Made by a program: the position numbers and the translations under genes
Notes under the pieces: model-generated
What the model was told of the DNA's origin: nothing
The model's input: only the letters and a program-made list of their open reading frames with translations
The model's database searches: none
Shown here: piece after piece, positions 10,101-20,800 of the stretch
Numbering within the stretch: the stretch's first letter is position 1
Layout: every line of letters begins with the position of its first letter
Virus record (IMG/VR): IMGVR_UViG_3300030099_005086
Coordinates: 46,740-110,739 of that record
Reading direction: 5' to 3' (one strand)
Source of the DNA: a virus
Length of the DNA: 64,000 nt

Positions 10101-13100
10101 TGCATTACCTAATACAAATAAACCTCCTGGTACGTTTCCACTAGTAGGAACATTTTGCTGACCTTGAAAACCAAAATTTCCCCCTTGTTGTGGGCCTTGT
10201 TGACCACCTATATCATTACCAAAACCTGAAGCACCACCAACATTAAATGTTGAAACAGGATCTCTATCTAAATGCCAATAATCATTAGGTAGTGCAGTAG
10301 AAAAATTAAAGTTAAGATTCATGAGAGGTTTAACCATTTCATCTAATCTATACTTATTTGTATCCATCCAGAATCTAGGAAAAGGTATATTACTTTTTAA
10401 TCTGTAATCATAACCTATCATATCTGGCTCTCCTTTTAAGAAGTCATACCAGAAAGGCATAATAGATTTTTCAGTATATCTATTTATATAAGTATCACCA
10501 CCAAATAAAACTCCTGTAGTAAACTCAGTTAAAGTACTTACAGTAGTCATATCTATAGGTTGATATACATCATTCTCATCTCTATAAAATTGATCTCTAA
10601 AATGTTGCACACAACCTTTAATAGGTATTTGTCTTATTGAATCTAATTGACCATATTGATTATCAAAGTTTATTTTTAGTGCAGCATAATTAGTTGAAAT
10701 AGGACTCTGCACTGGTGTACTAGGATTAGACCAACCTCCAAAATTTCCTATTATAAACTTAGAACCATCAGCTCCTACAGCTGGATTAGATGTTACAGGA
10801 TTCTGTGTAATTAATGCAACTGTAGCTGGTCTAAATAAATTTTGATATGTTACCGTATTACCAGCAGTTGAATCAAATAAAGATGAAATACTATTCTTAA
10901 TATATCTTGATGCATCAACATTATATCTTACTGTATTTGCTATAGCTCCACCACTATCTACAGCAGGATTATAAGTATTAAAAGATCTATAAAAACCATG
11001 AGAGTTATATTTATAAGCATACACTCTAGGTTTACTTAAGTTATAAATAAGATCAACAATTTCTTGACCTCCAGTAGCTGTAAAATTTAAAAACGTATAT
11101 AAACCTGATATAATTTGAAATGCATTTGGCATTGATCCAAATCTACTTCCTGTTAATTCTACAGTAGAGCTTGGACCTAATGCACCTGGAACTGCAGCCC
11201 AAGAACCATTTGCAGCTGCTGACCATGTTGGATATGCAATATCAAATGCTGCACCATCACCACCCAATGGAGCAACAAGACTTAAACCAGATCTAAGTGT
11301 AGTAGTAGCACCAGTTTCAGCAGCATCTGCTGTTGCTGCAAGTCCTGCATTAGCACCAATTCCTGGTGCTTGACCACCTCCAATAGCAGCAGGATTAATA
11401 GGAGCTTCACCACCTGTAACGTTAGTATTAATATTACCAGAAGTACCTGATGTTCCATTTCCTCCTACTAAAACTCCCTGTACCAAAGTATTAACCTCAG
11501 ATCCACCAGCTATACCTCGTTGACCTAGAGATAATATTTTACCACCATCAATTTTTCTATTTGTTGATCCACGCATAGAATGAAATGCATATCCTACACC
11601 TATAAATAATGCAACTAATGCTGCAATGTTTCTTAATAAAATATGTCCTGGATGTTCTTCTGAAGGTATAAACTGTCCACTTGAAGTTCCTGAAATATTA
11701 CCATATATTTTAACTTCTGAAGGATTTAAATAAATATCATTAAACATTGTTTCAGGAGAATGAAATGTATGATACCTAGCTGTTTGATCTATAGTCAAAC
11801 CTGGAGTTGTATTAAAATCTGGACCATTAGGACTATTTCCTGGAAATCCTGTTGGTCCAACTTGACCTAAAAAGTTTGTTGCAGCAGCTCCTGATGTAAG
11901 ATAAGGATCTACTTGTCTATCATTATAAGGATAATTAGGTAATACATTTACAGTAGAACCCTCAGATCCACCACCATCTTGAGGTGTATAACCTATGGTA
12001 TCTTTCATAATACCTTTAGCAATAATAGATTTATTACCTTCTCTTGATCCTGTTAAGATTTCATAACCTACTATATTTGGTATAAGATTATTATCATTAT
12101 CTCTTGGCCAAGCAATATCCATAAACCTAACCCCTAGTATATTTATAAATCTACCATCAGGTGTTGATAGCTGTGTTGATGGACTTATACTTTCATCTGG
12201 AAACTTATGATGTCTAATAGGTTTACCACATAAATCAAAATCATCTATACCAACATTAGAATTCCATCTTTCTGGATCTTGTGGATATAGTTCTGTAGAT
12301 TCCCAATATCCCATATGACCACGTCCTATTATAACTCCACCATCATCTATACTTGCTTGAGCTTGTGGGTCTTGTGGAAGTGAACCTACATTAAATGCAT
12401 CAGCTGTATTATATACTTTAAATAATTGATCAGTTGTATCTAGAGCATTTATATCACCACCTATGACAGTATCAAAAGTTGGTGCTGCTAATGGATTACT
12501 ATTAAATCCAACTAATGCTTCATTTCTTCTACCTGGTATATGATAAGATGCAGACCTTTCTCCTGTATTATATATAAATCTTATAAAGAATGCATAAACC
12601 TCATCTCTCATAAATGTAGGTTTATTACCGCCTTTCTTATAATAATCTGCTGGATATTGAACAGAAACCCAATGAGTGTGTATTCTATTAGCAAGAGGTT
12701 GATAATTAAAATCAAACTGTTCTGTAGGTTCAGATCTAATTAAATAATCATTTACTACAAACATTCTGCTAGATTTTTCATAAGCAGGATTTCTAGCAGG
12801 AAGATCTCCTAAATTAACAGCTTGTAATTTTTGATTTATAAAGTCAACTTTAATAGTCATAGGTAAACTAGTATCACCAATACTATAATAACCTAAACGT
12901 CTTGCTGACGTTTCCATATTTACATTGCTTACTATAACAATTTCAAAAAAATCAAATTGAGAATCTAAATTACTTATATCTATAATTAAAGAACTACTTG
13001 TATCCTCATGTGTCCATAATGATTGTACATTGGATATACCATAGTAATCACCAATCTTTTGATCATTTACTGTATATGCAATAAAAACTTGATATGAACC

Positions 13101-13745
13101 ATTTCTTAATGAACCAGCTTCAGGAGCTTTACTTAACTTAACACAAGGTACATCAATAAGTGGTGCTAATCTGATTCTTTCACAATCTAATTGTAAAGGT
13201 GTTACAGGAGCAAACTCTACACATGGATCACCTGGTGCAGAAACAATTTCTTGTACATATGGAATATTATCTAAGTTAATTGTACGTGATGGATTTAAAC
13301 CATCATCAAAATATATCTGATAAGAACAATCATAATTTTCTTTTGCAGCACCTGTAATTAAATGATCTGTACTAAAACTTAAACAAGCATCTACTATTAA
13401 ACTTGTATAAATACATTCACTTTCATTAAATCTACCAATGTGAGATAAAAGTCCATCTACACTAAATATAATCCATTCATCACCATATAAATGTATTGCA
13501 CCTATAACAATACCTGGTACATCTGCACATTTATAATTAGCAGGTTCATTACCTACTGTACCTATATTACCTTCAGTAGAATGATTAACAAGATTTATAG
13601 CATGATTCCAAGTTTGCTTATTATGATAAAGACCATCAGTATCTTTTACCATACCTTTGGTTACCATAGATGATTCAACAGAAGATGTATTCTGTTGTTT
13701 TGCTGCTCCTGGTCTAGATTGTTTAGCTTTTCTTTTTTTAGCCAT
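7113..13745 (-). CDS. Tail stabilization/muzzle protein (P22 gp10-like, crAss-type)
   Basis: 2210 aa. Motifs FMRDEVYAFFIRF, IRHHKFP, FHSPE, GGDTYI and WTVSFDPKTKSWVSFHDWHP are typical of crAss-like muzzle proteins. Lies directly after the ring-protein genes. Confidence 0.8.
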   Translation of the reverse strand: MAKKRKAKQSRPGAAKQQNTSSVESSMVTKGMVKDTDGLYHNKQTWNHAINLVNHSTEGNIGTVGNEPANYKCADVPGIVIGAIHLYGDEWIIFSVDGLLSHIGRFNESECIYTSLIVDACLSFSTDHLITGAAKENYDCSYQIYFDDGLNPSRTINLDNIPYVQEIVSAPGDPCVEFAPVTPLQLDCERIRLAPLIDVPCVKLSKAPEAGSLRNGSYQVFIAYTVNDQKIGDYYGISNVQSLWTHEDTSSSLIIDISNLDSQFDFFEIVIVSNVNMETSARRLGYYSIGDTSLPMTIKVDFINQKLQAVNLGDLPARNPAYEKSSRMFVVNDYLIRSEPTEQFDFNYQPLANRIHTHWVSVQYPADYYKKGGNKPTFMRDEVYAFFIRFIYNTGERSASYHIPGRRNEALVGFNSNPLAAPTFDTVIGGDINALDTTDQLFKVYNTADAFNVGSLPQDPQAQASIDDGGVIIGRGHMGYWESTELYPQDPERWNSNVGIDDFDLCGKPIRHHKFPDESISPSTQLSTPDGRFINILGVRFMDIAWPRDNDNNLIPNIVGYEILTGSREGNKSIIAKGIMKDTIGYTPQDGGGSEGSTVNVLPNYPYNDRQVDPYLTSGAAATNFLGQVGPTGFPGNSPNGPDFNTTPGLTIDQTARYHTFHSPETMFNDIYLNPSEVKIYGNISGTSSGQFIPSEEHPGHILLRNIAALVALFIGVGYAFHSMRGSTNRKIDGGKILSLGQRGIAGGSEVNTLVQGVLVGGNGTSGTSGNINTNVTGGEAPINPAAIGGGQAPGIGANAGLAATADAAETGATTTLRSGLSLVAPLGGDGAAFDIAYPTWSAAANGSWAAVPGALGPSSTVELTGSRFGSMPNAFQIISGLYTFLNFTATGGQEIVDLIYNLSKPRVYAYKYNSHGFYRSFNTYNPAVDSGGAIANTVRYNVDASRYIKNSISSLFDSTAGNTVTYQNLFRPATVALITQNPVTSNPAVGADGSKFIIGNFGGWSNPSTPVQSPISTNYAALKINFDNQYGQLDSIRQIPIKGCVQHFRDQFYRDENDVYQPIDMTTVSTLTEFTTGVLFGGDTYINRYTEKSIMPFWYDFLKGEPDMIGYDYRLKSNIPFPRFWMDTNKYRLDEMVKPLMNLNFNFSTALPNDYWHLDRDPVSTFNVGGASGFGNDIGGQQGPQQGGNFGFQGQQNVPTSGNVPGGLFVLGNAYMYTHCSGINDFFVESSMNLDFRDFEDPPEKRFYDYATYTDVKQLFHADIIKMGNFYKYDPSLSIDRFFTKLISFGEIQPRDYNPEVAETCYTYYPKRLIYSLQAQKESKRDFWRVFLPLNYNDFKDRVNTIKPISEYGALILFPRLSPMQFRGVDLVTTDLGTKITLGDGELFNMKNLKNVVNSDVSHEYGSCESSRSVLNTPSGVFYISQEQGKIFQYDGRSLVNIANFGMKNWFNKYLPSKLLQSFPGIEDYPEYSDNPVNAAGCQTVYDINNDIVYFCKKDYIPKSELKECIEFDPELGFVYNITECEGAAQISECPDGFTFNNATGLCERTFQDEAFSVQVLDTEVVLAQQVGNPLVVQRQQVWRYGKDCPLIINRYNGNGVPVDAAGNVSTNIQDVKMINGANNTNHQSCTASPSGYGNGWWVDMPAPGGQTGVVNQLSVWAFDNLGNSVASLQYNFAVTIDGNEPNFNSDPNFPGTLPLYVLLAGDNSFTLSTDINGAGFNTVVNVDPNGATGAGTMFGTAGYIENNLEPICPDGGCSNYTMQYGDDSVPYQRAFIYRINLPIGCTKIRAVANDNSTPGAFACALFNNTEQELIDSNNLEELNDIFRSDTGQAFQNAARFVCPPGYATVTTPPFSEECPDCQRLVESFELVCGEGGTLITLPSGDDICEYLETVDPEKVDQVIPIDLTDSTYFDDVSWTVSFDPKTKSWVSFHDWHPDLTFNSIDHFLTTKEGNRIAPPSIVEGDIWECPPGYTPISLADGTPACRNINNPSDIIPLEAGLSTGIWKHNDRNDLFVNFYDEDYPWEIDLIESTGINVNTVRSIEYELESYVYKNFHPSDPFNGSDRFHRLDFNFDEAIIYNSEQVSGLLKLNISPKNNAPLLTTYPIIGLADIQILYSKEEQKYRFNQFWDITNDRGEFTNTENSIFITRLNGYVKDLNAVNLNYNKLELEHKKFRHYQNNIIFRRTRSGNTKMLLKISNTKLNLSFR

Positions 13746-13755
13746 AATTTAGATA

Positions 13756-14670
13756 CTAATAAATATTTACAGGTGGATGACTTCTAAACATATCATAATA
13801 CTTATTATATTCTGCTCTTCTACTAACTTCATAGAACTTTCTCATTTCTTCAAAGTTTGGGGTATTAACAAAACCTAAAGCATTGTTTCTAGCTGCTCTT
13901 AATCTTCCTTCTATTAATCCTAATTGTTGAGATACATTTTCTCCAGCAAATAACATATTTTCTAATATTCTTTGTTTAAGAGCATACTCATAATATTCAT
14001 TACAATAAGGATGATCTAATACTAATAAATCACCAGCAGAATCTTCCATAGTAGCTTGATAACTCATATATACTGTGCCTGTTGTAAAAGTAGTTAATAA
14101 GTATCCATCTTTTATCTCTGCTTGATTATGAGATGTTGTATTTAAATTAGGACAATCACAATCAACATGACTTGTTTCTGTAATGCGTAAAGGATAAAAT
14201 CTTGTATATGTTCTATACTGAGTAGGACTATATTTTTGCACAACCATATACTCTGATTTAAATGTTACACGTCCTTTACGGTCTTCTTCAGGACAAGTTT
14301 TTATTGTACATACATCTTTACACTCTGGATCTTCACATGGTCCTTGCTCTCCTGGTGCAGGAGTATATTTAGCTTGAGTAGTATCTATATGTGTACCACT
14401 AGGAAAAGCTTGAGATACTTGATAATCATCACAAACAAAAGCATAATTTAATGTATAAAAATCTGAAGGTAATTGACCTTTACCATGTTCAACATCTACT
14501 ATTACCTCTTTAGTTCTATTTATTCTTAACCCTAAATCATAGTTAACCCTTATAGCTACCTTTATTAATTGTTGAGGTTCTACCATACCCTCTAAAGCAT
14601 ATGATTGAAAATCAACAGTTACATCTTCTAGAAGTTGATCAAATGTTCTATATTTATGTGATACACTCAT
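13756..14670 (-). CDS. Tail tubular/ring protein (P22 gp4-like)
   Basis: Motifs VEHGKGQLPSDFY and GTVYMSY...DHPYCNEYYEYALK; syntenic position before the muzzle in crAss-like phages. Confidence 0.7.
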   Translation of the reverse strand: MSVSHKYRTFDQLLEDVTVDFQSYALEGMVEPQQLIKVAIRVNYDLGLRINRTKEVIVDVEHGKGQLPSDFYTLNYAFVCDDYQVSQAFPSGTHIDTTQAKYTPAPGEQGPCEDPECKDVCTIKTCPEEDRKGRVTFKSEYMVVQKYSPTQYRTYTRFYPLRITETSHVDCDCPNLNTTSHNQAEIKDGYLLTTFTTGTVYMSYQATMEDSAGDLLVLDHPYCNEYYEYALKQRILENMLFAGENVSQQLGLIEGRLRAARNNALGFVNTPNFEEMRKFYEVSRRAEYNKYYDMFRSHPPVNIY

Positions 14671-15341
14671 TATCTATGGGGATTTAATTTATTATCAGAA
14701 TCTTCAGATGGTATTTGCAATGTATTTAAAATTATTTGTAACACTTGTTGTTCTATCTCTGCAAATAAAAATTCAGGTACATTAAAAGGTTGTTCACGTC
14801 TAGGAAGACAATCATCAGATTTATCACATGTATAAGTAGAAATATCTTCTTGAAATACTCCTTCTAATTTAATTGCATCCCACTCTACATTAGGTAAATA
14901 TATGTGACCATTAAGAAACCAATAGTATTTATTATTATTATATCTAAAAGATGTAGTCTTAGTCATTGAGGCATATGTACCAGGATAGGTAGGTTGCACC
15001 TCTATAGATCCATCTAATGAACTAATAGTTCTAATTAGTGGTCCCCAATAACCTTCAAAAAATGTAGGTAGCTTATGTTTTGTTCTTTTAATTTTAACAC
15101 CACTTCTAATACCACTACATTCTGCTTCTACTTTATCTACATCAATTAATTCAAGAAGAGGTAAGGTTTCCCAAACACTATTAAACTTAATTAGTTTGTT
15201 TGCATTATCTTGTCTTCTCATTAATAACTGAGCAAACTTTAAAAGTAAACTGTAAATATATCTATCTGTTACAAAAGCATCTTGAACCTCTGCTTTTACT
15301 TGACCTCTTACTCTAGAAATAACATCACCTATTTTTGTCAT
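14670..15341 (-). CDS. Tail ring protein
   Basis: Motifs IKRTKHKLP, KYYWFLNGHIY and IKLEGVFQE; crAss-like synteny. Confidence 0.6.
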   Translation of the reverse strand: MTKIGDVISRVRGQVKAEVQDAFVTDRYIYSLLLKFAQLLMRRQDNANKLIKFNSVWETLPLLELIDVDKVEAECSGIRSGVKIKRTKHKLPTFFEGYWGPLIRTISSLDGSIEVQPTYPGTYASMTKTTSFRYNNNKYYWFLNGHIYLPNVEWDAIKLEGVFQEDISTYTCDKSDDCLPRREQPFNVPEFLFAEIEQQVLQIILNTLQIPSEDSDNKLNPHR

Positions 15342-15861
15342 TGTTCTGTTTTTTATACATGTCTGCTACTCTCAGTTTATTTTTCATCACAATATACTTT
15401 TTCCAATTCTTAGGATAAAGTTTTGCAACTGCTCTTTTAAACTGTCTTATGGCAACAAACTGCCAAAGTTCTCTATTTTTAAAACGGTACTTAGTAGAGT
15501 AGTTAGTATAAAAAATCTTTCCAATGTTTCCATCTGTATCCCAATTTTTATTTTGTATAACCTTACCATACTTTTTAGATAAAGCATAATCAGTATTTAC
15601 ACTCTTTGGAGATGGACATGTTCCTATAAATAAATAACCTAATGAATCAGGTAATTGAACTCCATTTCTATTTTTTATTACATTCTCCCACACTTTCCCA
15701 TTAAAACATTTTATAATGTTCTTTAACTTAGTATTATCAATATCAGAATATATAGGATATTTATCCTTAAATTCTTCTATTAAACTATTATTTAATAATC
15801 CAAATACCTTCTCTCTATATCTAGGTTTATTTAAGTTAGGTATTTTAAAATTATTAATCAT
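15325..15861 (-). CDS. IHF/HU-like basic DNA-binding protein of the crAss tail module
   Basis: Basic protein; GVQLPDSLGYLFI resembles the HU/IHF arm motif; synteny. Confidence 0.55.
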   Translation of the reverse strand: MINNFKIPNLNKPRYREKVFGLLNNSLIEEFKDKYPIYSDIDNTKLKNIIKCFNGKVWENVIKNRNGVQLPDSLGYLFIGTCPSPKSVNTDYALSKKYGKVIQNKNWDTDGNIGKIFYTNYSTKYRFKNRELWQFVAIRQFKRAVAKLYPKNWKKYIVMKNKLRVADMYKKQNNDKNR

Positions 15862-15917
15862 ACTTAGTATACATTATAATTTACAAAAAATATAGGAGTA
15901 ATAAAAATTATTCATGG

Positions 15918-17099
15918 TTATTCAGGAGAGTAAGTTAATTCACATATTTCACCTTTATTTGGAGAATGTAAAGATAAAAGTCCTGATCTTCTTGATCCTA
16001 CAAACTTATTATGATAATGATAATAATCTGTTCTAGATAAACTAGGTAGAATTTTCATCATAAATCCAAAGTTATCATGCTGTGTAACATATTCAATTTT
16101 TTTCTTATGATGCAAGTGACCAGTATGTAGTATTCTAAACATTGTATCACCCCATTGTTTAGGAAACTCCATAGAATATAATAGTAAAGAATTTTTAGTA
16201 TTTACATCACCATGTTCAAAAGCAAAAAAGTTATCTCCATATGTATGCACTTTTCTTTCTAAATAAACTACATCCCAAAGAATATTTGGATTATCAAAAC
16301 ATTTAGATAATGCATGAGCTAAATGAAAAGAAGATAATCTATCATGATTACCTGGAATATATATAACTTGCAACTCATCACAGTATTGTTTTAAATAATT
16401 AATACTCCAATGTAAAGCATCAAATGCTTGTACATATGCTTCAGTAGCTGTCATACAATTATCTAAAGGAGTGCCTGATGTAGTAGTACCACTCCATGTA
16501 TCCATATTTATTAAATCACCACCAACTACATAAAATAATTTTTCTAAGTGATGTGAGTTTGTTGCTCTATCTATTAAATCTATAATGGTTTCTTCAAAGT
16601 CTTTATCTATAGTTTCATTACCCTCTTTACCAAAATGTATATCCTGTAAAGACAAAACTCCAGCTGTTTTAGTTTTGCCTGGAGTTTTTATTCTTTTTGG
16701 TATCTTAAAAGTTTTAGGTTTAAAATTCTTTAAAAGCTCTTTAATATCACTTATCTCATCTGCTTTTAATTTTGTAACCATTGCAGATACTCTCCAATGA
16801 TCTCCCATTTGTTTATTCCAATAACTTGAAAGTTTCCATTGAGTTGTATCTATTTTTAATAGATCTATTATTTCTTCAGGAGTTTTTGGTTCAGATGAAC
16901 ATACAGCTTCTAACTTTGCTTCTCCTTTTTCTAAATTATATTCATATGAAGAGTTTCCTCCTTCTACTGTATCAGTAGATTTAATCCAAGACTTTAACTT
17001 TTCATAATCATCTACTGTTATACCAAGCTTTTCAGCTGAATACTCAGAAGATTTTTTCCATTTAAATGATTGTTTAACTCTTTCTATAAATGAGTCCAT
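15918..17099 (-). CDS. Calcineurin-like metallophosphoesterase
   Basis: Motifs DIHFG, GGD, PGNHD, EHGD and GHLH occur in the canonical order. Confidence 0.85.
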   Translation of the reverse strand: MDSFIERVKQSFKWKKSSEYSAEKLGITVDDYEKLKSWIKSTDTVEGGNSSYEYNLEKGEAKLEAVCSSEPKTPEEIIDLLKIDTTQWKLSSYWNKQMGDHWRVSAMVTKLKADEISDIKELLKNFKPKTFKIPKRIKTPGKTKTAGVLSLQDIHFGKEGNETIDKDFEETIIDLIDRATNSHHLEKLFYVVGGDLINMDTWSGTTTSGTPLDNCMTATEAYVQAFDALHWSINYLKQYCDELQVIYIPGNHDRLSSFHLAHALSKCFDNPNILWDVVYLERKVHTYGDNFFAFEHGDVNTKNSLLLYSMEFPKQWGDTMFRILHTGHLHHKKKIEYVTQHDNFGFMMKILPSLSRTDYYHYHNKFVGSRRSGLLSLHSPNKGEICELTYSPE

Positions 17100-17135
17100 A
17101 ATAAATTTTATTTAAAAATTGTGAGCAATATACAT

Positions 17136-17170
17136 AAAAAAAAGAAAAGGTCCTAACAAAAGGACCTTCT
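17136..17170 (-). terminator. Intrinsic terminator
   Basis: Minus strand reads AAGGTCCT-TTTGTT-AGGACCTT followed by a T run. Confidence 0.75.
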
Positions 17171-17213
17171 CCCACCAAAAGAGTAATGTAAAACCAACAA
17201 AATCACTACTACT

Positions 17214-17789
17214 TTAACTTTTTGTTTTAGTAAAAATGGTAACTGAATCAGCAGGTGTTGTTGAAATAGTTGTCACTTTTACTCTATATGTTGTGTTACT
17301 TTTTAAACCTACAATATTAAAAGATGAAACATTAGATTTTAAATTTTCTGCACCAGGTGGTATTATAAATGAAGGATCACTTTTACCAGTGTTTCTACCT
17401 CTACCAGCTTCTGCATATTGTACTTTTACACCAGTAGCATTTTGAGGAACTCCAGCCCATCTTACTTCAGCAGATGATCTTGTTGTATTTCCAGATTGTA
17501 CATATTGTACTGCATTTTCTGCAGTGCTTGCATTTCTAGAATATAAAGCCATTTTTTGTAATATCCCTCCCATTCTTTCACCATTAGCAATTGTCATTCT
17601 ACCAGTTGCTTGTGAACCTACTTCAAATGAATCACCACAATCAACAACACAATCAATACAAATAGTTTCTGCACATGTTTCACCTTTACCATCTGTACAA
17701 GAAGAATACACACATGGTGTAGATAGACCTATATCTTTACATCCACATGAAACTTTACTACAATTACTTGAATTACAATTACAATTCAT
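17214..17789 (-). CDS. Small Cys-rich virion protein with a fibronectin type III-like domain
   Basis: Cys-rich N-terminus; FN3 pattern VRW...V.Y...GLKSNTTYRVKV. Confidence 0.6.
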   Translation of the reverse strand: MNCNCNSSNCSKVSCGCKDIGLSTPCVYSSCTDGKGETCAETICIDCVVDCGDSFEVGSQATGRMTIANGERMGGILQKMALYSRNASTAENAVQYVQSGNTTRSSAEVRWAGVPQNATGVKVQYAEAGRGRNTGKSDPSFIIPPGAENLKSNVSSFNIVGLKSNTTYRVKVTTISTTPADSVTIFTKTKS

Positions 17790-17807
17790 TTTATTTTTTA
17801 TTTAAGA

Positions 17808-20800
17808 TTAACATGATGCACTATTTATCCAATGTGGGAATGTTCTTTTATATTGTGCTACAGTACTTGATACTGAATCTGCATAATATTGTCCATCAAC
17901 TAATTCATATCTCCAATCTTGATTTTCATAAGCAGCCTGTGCTACACTAGCTGAGTTATCTCCATAAGCTCTAGAATTTGAATCAAATAATGTACCACTA
18001 CTATTGAATATAATAGTTGTTCCAGATCCTTTTGCACTACATGCTGCAGAAGAAGATACACCTGAACCAAACGTACTTGATCCCATTCTATTTGCTGTTT
18101 GTTGAGTAGGTAATGTATAAGTAGGATTATATAATGTAATAGATTTTTGAAGAACTTTTCTAGTTATTTCTTTATCTAATGGGAAATAACCATCAATAAA
18201 TGGTATTGTAGAAATCTTTTGATTAATTAATCCTGTAATAGTTAATGAACCACTTACTGTTGTTGCTAAAACTCCTTCATATGGATTTGTACCTGTCATA
18301 GCAGCTTCAGTAATAATAGAACTACTAAGTCCCATTGTTCCATATTTAAGTGCTGCATATTGAGTAGCTGTCATTGACTCAGCTTGTACAGCCATTAAAA
18401 CTTGTTTTAATAATCCTTTACTAACACCATCAGATCCATCATGACTACCTGCTACAACTGGTATTACATACATACCATCTAATTTAAATTTAGGTGTACT
18501 TGCAGTAACATTATCTACACCAAACTGTGATTGTTGTAAACCATTTAATACATCATTCATTTCAGTATAATGTAATTTATATGAACTAGCAACACCTAAA
18601 GAAGCAGCACCTGTTGCATTTCCATAACCATCAGTACCATTAGATTTACCTCCAAAATAAAATACAAGAACATTTGATGGTAAAGATACACCAGTTTGCC
18701 ACCAAGAATTTGATGATGGTGTAAGTGTTGCTGATGACCAACTTCCACCAGTTGCTAAAGTTGTAGCACTAAATTGTGAATATGTACCACCACTTGCACC
18801 AGCACTTCCTTTTGTTGCTATAGATGTAAGACATCTTAAATATCCATCAGGAGTACTCGTAGTACCAGCACCACCAAATGTAGCTACAGGTAATACATAT
18901 AGTTGACCTAACCAACCTGGAGCTTGTGCTTCAATTTCATCTTCAAGTGTGGTAAACATAGTTTTTATCTTAGCACCTTCTGTATCAGAAATAGAAGTAC
19001 TGTCAATAAATACTACAATATCAGTATAGATATTTTGAATTGGTAATGCTCTAAATAATGTTGAAATAGATGTATCTGTTAAACTACTACCATCTGCTTT
19101 TGTTATTGCACCACTTGTAGTATATGTATCTATAAATTTAAATCCTGATCCAGATTGATAAGTAAAATCTTGTGTATCTATCTTCCTAGGATTATTTGTA
19201 AATGTAACAGTACCTGTAGATGGTGAAGTATTAGAGTATGTGTAGAAAGACATATCAGTTTCTGCAGCTATAACATTTTGTTGTGCATTAACTGTTTTAG
19301 TAAATCTATTTGTACCATCCGTATTTAACTCTGATACTTCTACAAAACTTGCAAATTTATCATTCTGCTCTATTGCAAATGGTTCTTCACAAGAGAATAC
19401 AACTTTATTTATTGTAGCAGCAGTATCAAAATCTACATCATAATCAGCATATACATATCTTGTAATACTTTGTGGAGAAACAATTCTATCTACAAATCTC
19501 CAACCATCACCCATAACAGGTGTTCCTGTAACAGCATAAGTAGTACTATTTGTTACAAGTGAAGCATCTGGATCATTTACAGATACTGGTAAACCTGGTG
19601 ATACAGAAACTTTTGGAGTTCCAGCAACAGGTACAAAGAATGGAGATAGACTTTGTACAAATGAAGTAGCAAACTGAACAGATGCAGAAACAATCTGTGT
19701 ATCTGTAGGTGTTGTCTCTACTGGAGCACATGCTGCAATAAAATATGGATTAGTTACTGATCCACTACTTAATGTTTCTGAAATAATTAATGGAACTATT
19801 TGTCTTGTTATATCAATAGATCCTGAAGCAGGGTTAGTAGCAGAATTAAAGCTAGCTGCTGCTATACTAATATTTGCACATGTAATACCTGTTGTAGTTA
19901 CTTGACTTGTACTAGCTAAATATTCTTTTGAAGCAACACCTTTTGGTAAAACATATACATTAACAGTAAATGTAGTACCTGATGATAGTGTTCCACCAAT
20001 TGTTTGTGCAGTAAATGATACACTAGGTGGAGTATATAATTTGTTAAAGTGAGTTGATCCTGCAGAATTAATCATTTCTATTCTTACACTATCAGATGAA
20101 CTTAAATTACTTGCATCTAATGTAGCTGTAATACTTGTTGTACCAGGTGTAAATGAAATAGAAGGTTTAGGTTGTGTTGCAGTAATAACTCTATTTACTA
20201 TTCTTTCACATTGTGAACCTGCAGAGTTACTAAAACAGAAAGGAACTTCTACATCATAACTACTTGATGAAGCACTTAAACCTGATATAGAAATATTTGT
20301 TCCTGTTGAACTAGATGTAAAAGAACTAATTATAACATTACTTTCAATACTATTTCTATTATCATCTGTAATCTTAATACGTGCTCCTGTAGGATTACAA
20401 TCAGTAAATCCAGCTGGTAATATTGAATTATTAAAGTTTAAGTTTATATCTGTAACAGCACCAACAGATCCAACTGTTGTAGCAATAACATCATAAATAA
20501 TACCTGAACATGTAGTTGGACTTGTAGTGTCAATTAAACCATCAAGAGCATTACGTATATCATTTACAGTTAACCATAAATTTTGAAATGATTGTGCAAG
20601 ATTTGAAGGATTAGTTACCCAACCAGTAACACCATTCATATTACCATCACCATTGAGAGTTTTCTTTTGATTTAAACCTGACTCTTGATAACCAATACCA
20701 GTTATAATTTGAGGTGCTGTACCTGTTGCATTTAATAGTTCACCAAATGCAGACTCAGTATTTTTTAATACAATATCTACATCTTGAGGTCTACCAGGTG

